The notes under the pieces are model-generated. The model had not been told where the DNA came from, did not search any database, and saw only the letters and a program-made list of their open reading frames with translations. Made by a program: the position numbers and the translations under genes. Positions 45,105 through 54,028 of a DNA stretch of 64,000 bases are shown here, in pieces. How positions within the stretch are numbered: position 1 is the stretch's first letter; each line of letters starts with the position of its first letter. Source of the stretch: Smithellaceae bacterium (GTDB lineage Bacteria; Desulfobacterota; Syntrophia; Syntrophales; Smithellaceae). The stretch covers positions 2,112,001 to 2,176,000 of the forward strand of contig CAXXVL010000002.1 of NCBI GenBank assembly GCA_963667845.2, written 5' to 3'.

Positions 45105-46775
45105 CTATTTATTTTCTTTCGCCTTGGCGTCTTCCTCATCCCGCAAGACCTTGCGCAGGATTTTACCGACGGCCGACTTGGGAATCGACTCGCGGAATTC
45201 AACCAGTTTGGGTACCTTGTAGGGAGCCAGCTTTTCCTTGCAGAAAGAGATGATTTCCTCTGCCGTGCAGCTTTCGCCTGCCTTCAGAACAACAAACGCC
45301 TTGACTGTTTCTCCCCGGTATTTGTCTTTAACCCCCAAAGACACGGCTTCAGCAACCTTGGGATGCTGGAAGAGGACTTCATCAATGTCGCGCGGATAGA
45401 TGTTGAATCCGCCGGCGATAATCATGTCTTTCTTGCGGTCCACGATAAAGAGGTAACCGTCTTCATCTCTGATGGCGATGTCGCCGGTATAAAGCCAGCC
45501 GTCTTTGAGCTGTCCTGCTGTTTCGGCGGGATTGTTCCAGTAACCCTGCATGATCAATGGACCCTTCATGATGATTTCACCCGGCTCTCCGTCGGGAACA
45601 TCCTTTTCTCCGGTATCGACATCCACCAATCGAACATCGTTATCCGGGAAGGGGATACCGATGCTGCCCACTTTCTTTAAGCCCAGAACAGGATTCGAAA
45701 TACCCAGCGACGTTGATTCGGAAAGACCATAACCTTCGCTGAAATAGATGCCCATATCTTTGACCTGTTCGATGAGTTCCACGGGCATCGGCGCCCCGCC
45801 CGAGTTCAGCATGCCGAATTTCTTGGCCAGATTAAGTTCTCCCGCTTTGGGATGATTCATGAGAGCGGTAATCAGCGTGGGGACGGTCGGAAAAAAGGTA
45901 ATCTGCTCGAATTTGGCGAGGAGGTCCATCATCTCGTCAATATTGAAACGGGGAACCTGGATTTGCGTCGCGCAGTTGAATAAAGCCCAGTTCAAAACGA
46001 CGATGTTTCCGTAAACATGGAAGTAAGGCAGTACGGCCATGACGTTGCGCTTTTCATGGGGTGTGAGCGAGATGGTGGCGTTTCCCCACAAAGAGCACTG
46101 GAGCGTCGCCGCGACGATGTTGGCGTGGGTGAGAACGGCGCCCTTGGGGATTCCGGTTGTCCCTCCCGTAAATTGAATCAGGGCCGGGTCTTCAGGATTG
46201 ATCTGGACTTTCACCCGTTTGGGATTGGGATATTTGGCAATGAGTTCCGAAAAGTGATACCAGCCCGGTTCCAGATCAAGGCTCTTGGGCGTGCTCACCG
46301 GAAAGCCTTTGATAAAGTCTGTGACGGCGGTGACGATCACCCGGGAGATCAGAACCTGCTTGCACAGGGTGCGAATGGCCGGGAGGGCCATGTCAAATGT
46401 GATCAGAGACGTCATTCCTGACGTGTTGGCCATCATTTTCAGTTCGTCGGGGGTGTAGAGCGGATTGAGATTGACCACAATGCCGCCCAGCGACAGGACC
46501 GCAAGATAGGCGATCGGATACTGGGGACAGTTGGGCAGGTGCAGACCGACCCGATCTCCCTTTTTGATTCCCAGTCCGGCCAGAGCATTGGCGAAGCTTT
46601 TGTAGACGATGCTCAGCTCCAGAAATGTCATCTCACTGCCGAAAAAAATCAAAGCGGCCTTGTCCGGATAGGCTCCGGCGGGAAGATCAAGCAGCTCGTG
46701 AGCCGCCAGACGCGGATAACGGATAGTGGTTGGTACGTTGTAATCGTAGTGACGATGCCAAGGTTTCTCTATCAT
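45105..46775 (-). CDS. fadD: Long-chain-fatty-acid--CoA ligase
   Basis: QFTGGTTGIPKG, EGYGLSES, WLYTGD, DRKKDMII, PKSAVGKILR. Confidence 0.93.
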   Translation of the reverse strand: MIEKPWHRHYDYNVPTTIRYPRLAAHELLDLPAGAYPDKAALIFFGSEMTFLELSIVYKSFANALAGLGIKKGDRVGLHLPNCPQYPIAYLAVLSLGGIVVNLNPLYTPDELKMMANTSGMTSLITFDMALPAIRTLCKQVLISRVIVTAVTDFIKGFPVSTPKSLDLEPGWYHFSELIAKYPNPKRVKVQINPEDPALIQFTGGTTGIPKGAVLTHANIVAATLQCSLWGNATISLTPHEKRNVMAVLPYFHVYGNIVVLNWALFNCATQIQVPRFNIDEMMDLLAKFEQITFFPTVPTLITALMNHPKAGELNLAKKFGMLNSGGAPMPVELIEQVKDMGIYFSEGYGLSESTSLGISNPVLGLKKVGSIGIPFPDNDVRLVDVDTGEKDVPDGEPGEIIMKGPLIMQGYWNNPAETAGQLKDGWLYTGDIAIRDEDGYLFIVDRKKDMIIAGGFNIYPRDIDEVLFQHPKVAEAVSLGVKDKYRGETVKAFVVLKAGESCTAEEIISFCKEKLAPYKVPKLVEFRESIPKSAVGKILRKVLRDEEDAKAKENK

Positions 46776-47095
46776 TTTTCCCCCTCCTAAATAAGTGATT
46801 TGTGCGATTGATCATTTGCCCAACACTGAGCCGGTGTGATGCGGAAAAAAACGTGTTCGGATGGGACGAACATTCTCTCCAGACTTTTGAGAAAGAGCTC
46901 AAACAAAACAGTTCTTACCCATCAGGCGACTCTACTTCTCTTTTCGATGAAACATGGCTTTCTTACGTGGTCAGACAATAAGATGTTCAGTCTTTTGTGT
47001 CAATGAAATATTGATCATGTCCCTATTATTGAAGTGCCGAGCTTTGTCGCGGCGCGAATATGTCCTATTCAAGATTGAAGTTTCGGCTTTTTTGT

Positions 47096-47196
47096 TTAAT
47101 CCCGCTTAAACGGAACGAGCGTTAATTTCCTGTCGCTTGCTGCGAAATAATGACGTTCTTTTTATACCTCGACAGCTTGCTGCGAGGTTGTTGATT
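47096..47196 (+). repeat. Palindromic intergenic element, long form, copy E
   Basis: TTAATCCCGCTTAAACGGAACGAGCGTTAATTTCCTGTCGCTTGCTGCGA...ACCTCGACAGCTTGCTGCGAGGTTGTTGATT. Confidence 0.85.
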
Positions 47197-47291
47197 GCGA
47201 TTTCTTTCTTATTGAACGCGGGGAATAGGGCTTGCCATTCATCTGATGTTTGCCGTCTGTTGAAAATAACTTCATAGCAAATGATTTTGTC

Positions 47292-47320
47292 TTGACAATA
47301 GAACGATCGTTCTATACAAG
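47292..47320 (+). promoter_or_regulatory. Promoter with an overlapping perfect 18-bp palindrome (putative LexA/SOS box, GAAC-N4-GTTC)
   Basis: TTGACA at 47292, ATAGAACGATCGTTCTAT at 47298-47315, TACAAG at 17-bp spacing, ATG at 47327. Confidence 0.7.
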
Positions 47321-47326
47321 GATGAC

Positions 47327-47944
47327 ATGGGAAAAATAAAAGACATACCCGTTGCGGAAACGTTTCTGCCCTTTTTGCGCGTTGAGGAAAGGGATATTCC
47401 CGGCGGTATAGAAATGATTGAATTTTTCGGCGCGCTCGCGGAGGTACGGTCTGCCGGAGAACGGTTTGATCCGGTGGCGGGGACTCCGGCGCATAACCTG
47501 GTCACAGGTGCTTGCTGCACCGGACCGAAAGACCCGTTCCACGTTCCAGCCCTTTGCCGGGTAGTGGGATTGATGATCAACGGTGAGGTTTGCGCCGGAT
47601 TTCCGTCGCCTGCGGAAGAGGAATTGCGTGACGTTATCTCCTTTGATGATTACCTTGTTGCGCATCCGGATACTTCCTTTCTGCTTTCGGTCACAGGGGA
47701 TTCCATGAGCGGCGCGGGTATCATGGAAAAAGATCTGGTGATCGTGGAACGGGGACGCCAGCCGAAAAACGGCGATATTATCCTGGCGGAGGTGGACGGC
47801 AACTGGACGATGAAATATTTTTGCAAGAAAGGCAAAACGATCACGCTGGAGGCGGCTAATCCCAAGTATCCGCCGATTGTCCCGCAGACGGAGCTGCGGG
47901 TCGCGGGGGTGATCACGGCGCTGGTTCGAAAATATCACAGGTGA
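47327..47944 (+). CDS. LexA/UmuD-family S24 autopeptidase with an atypical N-terminal region
   Basis: Cleavage site CAGFPSPA, catalytic Ser (GDSM) and Lys (WTMKY), EAANPKY. Confidence 0.88.
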   Translation: MGKIKDIPVAETFLPFLRVEERDIPGGIEMIEFFGALAEVRSAGERFDPVAGTPAHNLVTGACCTGPKDPFHVPALCRVVGLMINGEVCAGFPSPAEEELRDVISFDDYLVAHPDTSFLLSVTGDSMSGAGIMEKDLVIVERGRQPKNGDIILAEVDGNWTMKYFCKKGKTITLEAANPKYPPIVPQTELRVAGVITALVRKYHR

Positions 47945-48069
47945 TGGCTTTGTAAAATCACCATATGCTGCGTTGCGTTTCGCCCCGCGATCGCTGCGGC
48001 CTACGCCAAAGTAGGCCTCACTCTGCGGGCCTTGCGCGCCTTGCCTCTGGCGATTTTACAAAGCCATCA
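47942..48069. mobile_element. 128-bp MITE-like element with 22-bp terminal inverted repeats
   Basis: TGATGGCTTTGTAAAATCACCA...TGGCGATTTTACAAAGCCATCA; internal hairpin GGCCTAC-GCCAAA-GTAGGCC. Confidence 0.8.
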
Positions 48070-48192
48070 TCAGATGTAAGAAGGGAATGAAACGTTTTTA
48101 CAAAACGTAAAAGATTTATGATACGGTATAATTCAAATATTTCCGTCACGTAGTCGATGTTTCATGGCAAAAAATAGGAGGATTAAGCGCTT

Positions 48193-49119
48193 ATGGATAG
48201 AGCCTGTGAAAAGATCGGCAAGAAGTGCAAGCACGTAAAAGACAATGGCAATTGTTTTTGGTTGGGGAACGATAATTATCCTGTTCAATGTGTTGGTGCT
48301 TGGGCTGAAGATAAATATTATTTCCTCGAACGATATCTAAATGCCAGCCGCGAAGCGCGCCGAAAATTTTCCGATCAGGGCAATGCTGTTTTTATTGATT
48401 TGTTTTCCGGTCCGGGACGTTGCATGATCAGAGAGAAAAAAGAAGAAATTACCAGCGGTGGATTTCGTGCGATGGAACTAAATGAAGCACCATTTAATGA
48501 ATACATCTTCTGCGATATCGACGAAAGAAATACTGAAGCATTCAGACACAGATCTCAGCAAAAACAAAATTGTATTTTTTACACGGGTGATTCTAATAAG
48601 ACTATTGAAAGTATCGTCAACTATTTAAAGAAAAAAGACTATCGTTACCATTGCGCTTATGTCGATCCCTTTGCGCCGGAAAATTTAAATTTCAACACAC
48701 TGAAAACACTGGCGCAGTTCAAGCGTATGGATATGCTCATTCACTTTCCCATAGGCAGCATCCATCGCAATTTAGATAATTGGATGAACAAAACAAATAC
48801 GATTCTGGATACTTTTTTGGGAACCGATACTTGGCGTGAACGTATAGAAGATGCTCGTAAAAATGCTAAGCGCAACGACTATTATGTTTTAATAGATGTT
48901 TTTAAAGAACAGCTTAAATCTATCGGTTATCCAGAAGAAGGATTAAAATTACAAGAATCAGAAAGAGGTTTTTTAGAGCAATTATCAACCGTGTCAATAA
49001 AAAACTCTCGGAATGTTAATTTGTATGTCTTAATTTTGGCATCCAAACATGAACTCGGCCAAAAAATATGGAACAGTATCATTAAAATTGATCCAAGAGG
49101 ACAAAGGAGCCTCTTTTGA
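48193..49119 (+). CDS. tcmP: Three-Cys-motif partner (TcmP)-like SAM-dependent methyltransferase-fold protein
   Basis: VGAWAEDKYYFLERY, FIDLFSGPG, GDSN, YVDPF, DMLIHFP, FLGTDTW, LYVLILASKHELGQKIW, C-terminal QRSLF. Confidence 0.78.
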   Translation: MDRACEKIGKKCKHVKDNGNCFWLGNDNYPVQCVGAWAEDKYYFLERYLNASREARRKFSDQGNAVFIDLFSGPGRCMIREKKEEITSGGFRAMELNEAPFNEYIFCDIDERNTEAFRHRSQQKQNCIFYTGDSNKTIESIVNYLKKKDYRYHCAYVDPFAPENLNFNTLKTLAQFKRMDMLIHFPIGSIHRNLDNWMNKTNTILDTFLGTDTWRERIEDARKNAKRNDYYVLIDVFKEQLKSIGYPEEGLKLQESERGFLEQLSTVSIKNSRNVNLYVLILASKHELGQKIWNSIIKIDPRGQRSLF

Positions 49120-49946
49120 TGCAGCTTAAAACGATTCAACGAAAAACCTTACTTTATAAAAGCGGCGTGGAATATGCTGATTACTGTTTAAACCACGTCG
49201 AAGGTTGTTCTCATGGTTGCAAGTATCCTTGCTATGCTTTTATGATGAAAAAGCGTTGTGGAGTAATCAAAACTTACGAAGACTGGTGTAATCCTAAAAT
49301 TGTTTCCAACGCATTAGAACTTTTGGAAAAAGAGATTCCACGTCAGAAGAATAAAATCAAATACGTACATCTTTGTTTCTCGACGGATCCCTTCATGCAC
49401 GAACAGAATGAAGTTGCAGAGCTAAGCTTGAAAATTATTGACAGGCTTAACCGAAGTCATATCCGGTGCACGGTTTTAACAAAGGGTGTTTATCCGCAGG
49501 AATTGGCTAAACGCAATGGATACAGTAAGAATAATGAATATGGAATAACCCTTGTATCGCTTGATGAAGATTTTCGTAAAAAGTACGAACCAAATACGGC
49601 GAATTTTAAGGAAAGAATCAAAGCACTTAAAGTTTTGAGCAAGGCAGGGTTTAAAACCTGGGTTAGCATTGAACCTTATCCGATACCAAATCTGGTGATA
49701 CAAGATTTGTCGGGAATTCTTAAAGCGATCTCTTTTGTTGATAAGATCGTATTTGGGAGGCTAAATTATAATTCTGTGATTTCAGGTTTCAAGTATCACA
49801 AAGAATTTTACACCGGGTTGGCCGTCTCAGTTATTGAGTTTTGCAAAAAAAACAAAATCTCTTATCATATTAAACACGGTACAATGACAAATCTAATCGG
49901 TCTCAAAAATCCTGCATTATCTGATGTCCGAGTAGGAATCCTGTAA
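49116..49946 (+). CDS. Radical SAM protein, SplB/spore photoproduct lyase-like; overlaps the tcmP stop
   Basis: GCSHGCKYPCYA (CX3CX3C), FSTDPF, LTKG, GITL, EP..A...ERIKALK, WVSIEP. Confidence 0.8.
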   Translation: MMQLKTIQRKTLLYKSGVEYADYCLNHVEGCSHGCKYPCYAFMMKKRCGVIKTYEDWCNPKIVSNALELLEKEIPRQKNKIKYVHLCFSTDPFMHEQNEVAELSLKIIDRLNRSHIRCTVLTKGVYPQELAKRNGYSKNNEYGITLVSLDEDFRKKYEPNTANFKERIKALKVLSKAGFKTWVSIEPYPIPNLVIQDLSGILKAISFVDKIVFGRLNYNSVISGFKYHKEFYTGLAVSVIEFCKKNKISYHIKHGTMTNLIGLKNPALSDVRVGIL

Positions 49947-50009
49947 AAGTTTGGAAAATAATAAACACGAAGTCATTATCTTTTTATTTGTTTCAGTTTA
50001 GGGGTTAAA

Positions 50010-50042
50010 CCTACAGCCTAACAGCCTATAGCCTAATAGCCT
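50010..50042 (+). repeat. 7-8-bp short tandem repeats (CCTACAG/CCTAACAG/CCTATAG/CCTAATAG)
   Basis: Read directly; related tract at 20665-20753 on the opposite strand. Confidence 0.7.
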
Positions 50043-50051
50043 TGTTTTTCT

Positions 50052-51359
50052 ATGAGTGATCAAATTTTCTCTCTCCGTTCCTGGCCGCGTGCGATTGTGC
50101 ACATCGACGGCGATGCGTTTTTTACGTCTTGTGAAGAGGCGATTCATCCGGAACTCCGGGGCAAGGCGCTCATCACCGGCGGTGAGCGCGGCATTGTGGC
50201 GTGCGCCAGCTATGCGGCGAAAAGGATGGGGGTCAAACGCGGCGTGCCGCTTGCCGAGGCGCGCAAGATCTGCCCGGGCCTCATCATTCTTCCTTCGGAT
50301 TATGAAACGTACAGCCTGTTTTCCCGGCGGATGTTTGCCATCATGCGCCGCTTCACGCCGGACGTAGAGGAATATTCCATCGACGAAGCGTTTTCCGATA
50401 TTACCGGGATGCGCCGCGCCCTGCATTCCTCCTATGAAGAAATCGGTCTGCAGATGAAAAAGGAAATCGAGCGCGAACTCGGCATCACGGTTTCCGTGGG
50501 TTTGAGCGTGACCAAGGTGCTGGCCAAGGTGGCGTCCAAATATCAGAAGCCGGCAGGCATGACTGTGATCAGGGGGCGGGATATTGCTCAATACCTGACG
50601 AATCTGCCGGTGGAAAAAATCTGGGGCATCGGTCCGGCGACAACCAATTATCTGGCCAAACTGGGCATCCGCACGGCGCTGGCTTTTGCCGAGCTTCCCG
50701 AGAAAACCATGCAGAAGAAATTCACCAAGCCGGGTGTGGAAATCTGGCGGGAGCTGCGTGGCGAATCGGTTTATCCCGTAACGACCGAGGAAAAAAGCTC
50801 TTACGCTTCCATCAGCAAGACCAAGACGTTCGCGCCGCCGACGTCCGATGCCGATTATCTCTTCGCACAGCTCATGCGCAACATGGAATCGGCCTGCATC
50901 AAGGCCAGGCGCTACGCGCTGGCGCCCCGGAAAATTGTGGTGTATTTGAAAAAACAGAATTTCGATTCGGCGGGCAGCGAAGCGGCTCTATCGCGTCCGT
51001 GCGCCTGCCCGCTGGAGTTTTCCGACGTCATTCGTGATTTATTTGATGCCTGCTATCGCCCGCAGGACCTTTACCGCGCCACCGGCGTGGTTCTTCTGGA
51101 CCTCGTTTCCGACTCCACTACGCAGTATACCCTTTTCGACAATCCCGTGCAGGCGGAAAAAATCAAAGATTTGTATGATGTTGCCGACGAGCTGGGGCTG
51201 AAATTCGGCAAGCACACGCTGCACCTGGGTTCCTCGCACCTGATTGAAAAACTCGGCAAGGGCCGCCGCGGGGCGCCTACGGTGAGAGCACAGACTGAGC
51301 TCAAAGGCGAAACGAAGCGCCGCCATCTGGGTCTGCCGCTGCTTCATGTGAAGACGTAA
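50052..51359 (+). CDS. dinB: Y-family DNA polymerase (DinB/UmuC-like)
   Basis: VHIDGDAFF, ACASYAAK, YSIDEA, KVLAKVASKYQKP, WGIG, clamp-motif-like QYTLF. Confidence 0.93.
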   Translation: MSDQIFSLRSWPRAIVHIDGDAFFTSCEEAIHPELRGKALITGGERGIVACASYAAKRMGVKRGVPLAEARKICPGLIILPSDYETYSLFSRRMFAIMRRFTPDVEEYSIDEAFSDITGMRRALHSSYEEIGLQMKKEIERELGITVSVGLSVTKVLAKVASKYQKPAGMTVIRGRDIAQYLTNLPVEKIWGIGPATTNYLAKLGIRTALAFAELPEKTMQKKFTKPGVEIWRELRGESVYPVTTEEKSSYASISKTKTFAPPTSDADYLFAQLMRNMESACIKARRYALAPRKIVVYLKKQNFDSAGSEAALSRPCACPLEFSDVIRDLFDACYRPQDLYRATGVVLLDLVSDSTTQYTLFDNPVQAEKIKDLYDVADELGLKFGKHTLHLGSSHLIEKLGKGRRGAPTVRAQTELKGETKRRHLGLPLLHVKT

Positions 51360-51366
51360 AGACAGA

Positions 51367-51395
51367 TGTTCATCCCGTCGACGACGGGATGAACG
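51367..51395. terminator. Hairpin between the convergent dinB and usp genes
   Basis: GTTCATCCCGTC-GAC-GACGGGATGAAC. Confidence 0.6.
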
Positions 51396-51485
51396 AGCAC
51401 AGAGCCTCCGGATAAATGCTTTGCCCTGAATTTTGCAGCGATCAGGGCGTCTTTACGTTTTTTTGACGCGGTTTCCTCCCGGCGG

Positions 51486-52004
51486 CTAAATCTCTCCCAG
51501 GGTAATGTCGGTTTCTCCTTCCGGCAGCGGAATGACATAGACCGGCTTGCGGATCCGGCGGAGGACCTTTTCTACGACGCTGCCGAGGAAGGCATGGCGG
51601 ATCACGCCTTTTCCGTGCGTCCCCATGATGACGATGTCGGAGCTGAGCTTTTCCGCCATATTCAGAATTTCCGTTGCGGGGTCGCCTTCTACGACATGGA
51701 CTCCGACAATCCGATTCAAGGTCTCCGGATCATTGTCGAGTTCTTTTTCGGCAAATTGTTTCAGGCGTTCCTCGATCCGCTGAAGCAGGTCTTCTTTTGC
51801 ATCCTTACGCCGCCGGTCGATTTCCTCCTTTTCGACGTATACGAGAACGAGCGCTTCTTCCTGCGGTGAAAGGGGCTCGATGACGTGGAGAAGATGGATT
51901 TTCGCGTCGTGCTGCCGCGCCGTGTTGACGGCATAGCGAAAAGCATAGGCTGAGTTCTTGCTCAGGTCGGTTGCATACAGAACGTTTTGTATCTTGGGAA
52001 TCAT
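51486..52004 (-). CDS. Universal stress protein
   Basis: VLYATDLS, IVIMGTHG, LGSVVEKVLR. Confidence 0.93.
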   Translation of the reverse strand: MIPKIQNVLYATDLSKNSAYAFRYAVNTARQHDAKIHLLHVIEPLSPQEEALVLVYVEKEEIDRRRKDAKEDLLQRIEERLKQFAEKELDNDPETLNRIVGVHVVEGDPATEILNMAEKLSSDIVIMGTHGKGVIRHAFLGSVVEKVLRRIRKPVYVIPLPEGETDITLGEI

Positions 52005-52209
52005 ATCCTCATTCCTCCTTTTTAATCCGGAAACAAGTCCGGTTGCCCGCGTTTTTTTGAGCGGCGATGACTCCTTCAGCTGCTGCCGGACGCTCTCGGC
52101 AATCGGCAGGAAGGCTGTGAACAGGGATGGAAAGGACTCAGGCAGCCGTTTCCATCCTTGTTTTGTCAGGCGAGCCCATGCAAAAAACCATGAACCCCTT
52201 AGGTCACAA

Positions 52210-52644
52210 TCACCAGGCGGAATTACCCTTCACGATATTCAGTCTCTGCTCCAGCAATTTGTCTTCGGGTATTTGTCCGTACATCGTAAGCTTATCGATA
52301 ACATCGGGCAGCATAGCCGCTAATTTGCCTGCCGCCTCGTCTTCGGATACGCCGAGCGCATCGGCGATGTCTTGCACCAGTCGTTCACCGCTGAATACTT
52401 TCTTAATTTGATCGGCTGAAATCGGCAAGTTTGCTTCGGTGCCGACCCACGATGCAACCTGCTCACCAAAGCCGTTGTCCTGAAACAACTTTACCAGACC
52501 CTTTACACCTCCGCTTTTCGGGTCGGCAATCATTTTCGTGACGATCATCATCAGCTTGTTGGCGCTCACTGTATCGTCACTTTTAAAAAAGCCTTTTATC
52601 GTATCCAAAAAACCCATGTTTATCTCCTTTTGTAAATTGAACAA
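52210..52644 (-). CDS. YidB/DUF937 family protein (start probably 52617)
   Basis: GGVKGLV..F...GFGEQVASWVG...NLPISADQI, LPDVIDKLT. Confidence 0.85.
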   Translation of the reverse strand: MFNLQKEINMGFLDTIKGFFKSDDTVSANKLMMIVTKMIADPKSGGVKGLVKLFQDNGFGEQVASWVGTEANLPISADQIKKVFSGERLVQDIADALGVSEDEAAGKLAAMLPDVIDKLTMYGQIPEDKLLEQRLNIVKGNSAW

Positions 52645-52705
52645 ACATGTTGCCCGGATTTAAATTTAACTGATCCAGGGTTAACTTAAATATTCTTCTT
52701 CTGCC

Positions 52706-54028
52706 TTAACCCGCAAGTCCCGCCGCCCGCGGAGCCCATAGCAGGATGTTGGGGAAAATGGCAAATATGGCCACGGCCACGAGCATCAGCAGGATAAACG
52801 GCACAACACCCTTATAGATGTCATTGAGCGTTATCTCAGGAGGCGCCACACCCTTAAGGTAAAAGATCGTATACGCAAAGGGCGGCGTCAAGAACGACGT
52901 CTGCAGAACAACAATATTCATCAGGGCAAACCAGATCGGGTCAAAGCCGAGCTTGAGTGCAATGGGCGAAAAGAGTGGCACGACAATCATCACGATGCCG
53001 ATCCAGTCCAGAAAACATCCCATAATAACGATAATTGTCCACATCGCCACCATAACGCCCCACTTGCCGAAGGGCAGCGCCATAACCATTTCCTCGACAA
53101 TGTCGCCGCAGCCCAGACGCATGAAGACACTCGTAAAAAACGAGGCGCCGATGAAGACCATGTAAACCATGGCGGATGCCTTCGTTGTGGAGAATGACGC
53201 CTCTTTAATAACCTGCCAGGTCAGTTTTTTATAGCTGGCGGCGAGAATGACGGCGGCAAAGGCGCCAAAAGCGGCTGCTTCCGTCGGCGCGGCTACGCCG
53301 AAAAAGATCGCGCCTAAAACGGCCAGAATGAGGATGCACACGGGCAACACCGACGTGACGAGCATCTGCAGCTTTTTCGCTAACGGCACCCGGAGGTCTT
53401 CATGGATGGCCGGTCCCATTTCGGGCTTTAAAAAACACACAATACCGATGTAAAGAAGATACAAACCCGACAGAATAAAGCCCGGCAGAAAAGCGCCGAT
53501 CAGCAAAGCGCCGACGGAAACATTCGCGGTGGGCGCATAGACCAGAATCATAATGCTGGGCGGAATCAAAATGCCTAAAGCGCCGCCCGCGCAGATGGCC
53601 CCGCAGGCCAGAGGTTTGTTGTATTTATATTTCAGCATCGCCGGCATCGCTATGATGCCCATCGTGGTGACGGTGGCCCCGACAACGCCCGTCGCCGCCG
53701 CAAAGATCGTGGAAGCAGCAACGGTGGACATGGCGAGTCCGCCTCTCAATCCTCCCAGCATAACATACATGGCATCAAAGAGCCTCGCAGCGATTCCCGA
53801 TTTTTCGATGACGATCCCCATAAAAATAAACAGCGGAATGGCAATCAGTGTGCTGTCGGAAAAGGCAACCTGCATGCGCAGCATGAAGACATTGCTGATC
53901 TGAGGCCCCACAAAGATAATGCCGAAAATTGTCGCGACGCCGGCCAGCGAAAAACCAATCGGGAAACCCATCATGATGACCCCGATCAGAATCGTCAACA
54001 TCATAAAAGTGATCATTTCAATACTCAT
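52706..54028 (-). CDS. dctM: TRAP transporter large permease
   Basis: AIPLFIFMG, GALGILIPPS, FLTPPFA. Confidence 0.93.
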   Translation of the reverse strand: MSIEMITFMMLTILIGVIMMGFPIGFSLAGVATIFGIIFVGPQISNVFMLRMQVAFSDSTLIAIPLFIFMGIVIEKSGIAARLFDAMYVMLGGLRGGLAMSTVAASTIFAAATGVVGATVTTMGIIAMPAMLKYKYNKPLACGAICAGGALGILIPPSIMILVYAPTANVSVGALLIGAFLPGFILSGLYLLYIGIVCFLKPEMGPAIHEDLRVPLAKKLQMLVTSVLPVCILILAVLGAIFFGVAAPTEAAAFGAFAAVILAASYKKLTWQVIKEASFSTTKASAMVYMVFIGASFFTSVFMRLGCGDIVEEMVMALPFGKWGVMVAMWTIIVIMGCFLDWIGIVMIVVPLFSPIALKLGFDPIWFALMNIVVLQTSFLTPPFAYTIFYLKGVAPPEITLNDIYKGVVPFILLMLVAVAIFAIFPNILLWAPRAAGLAG

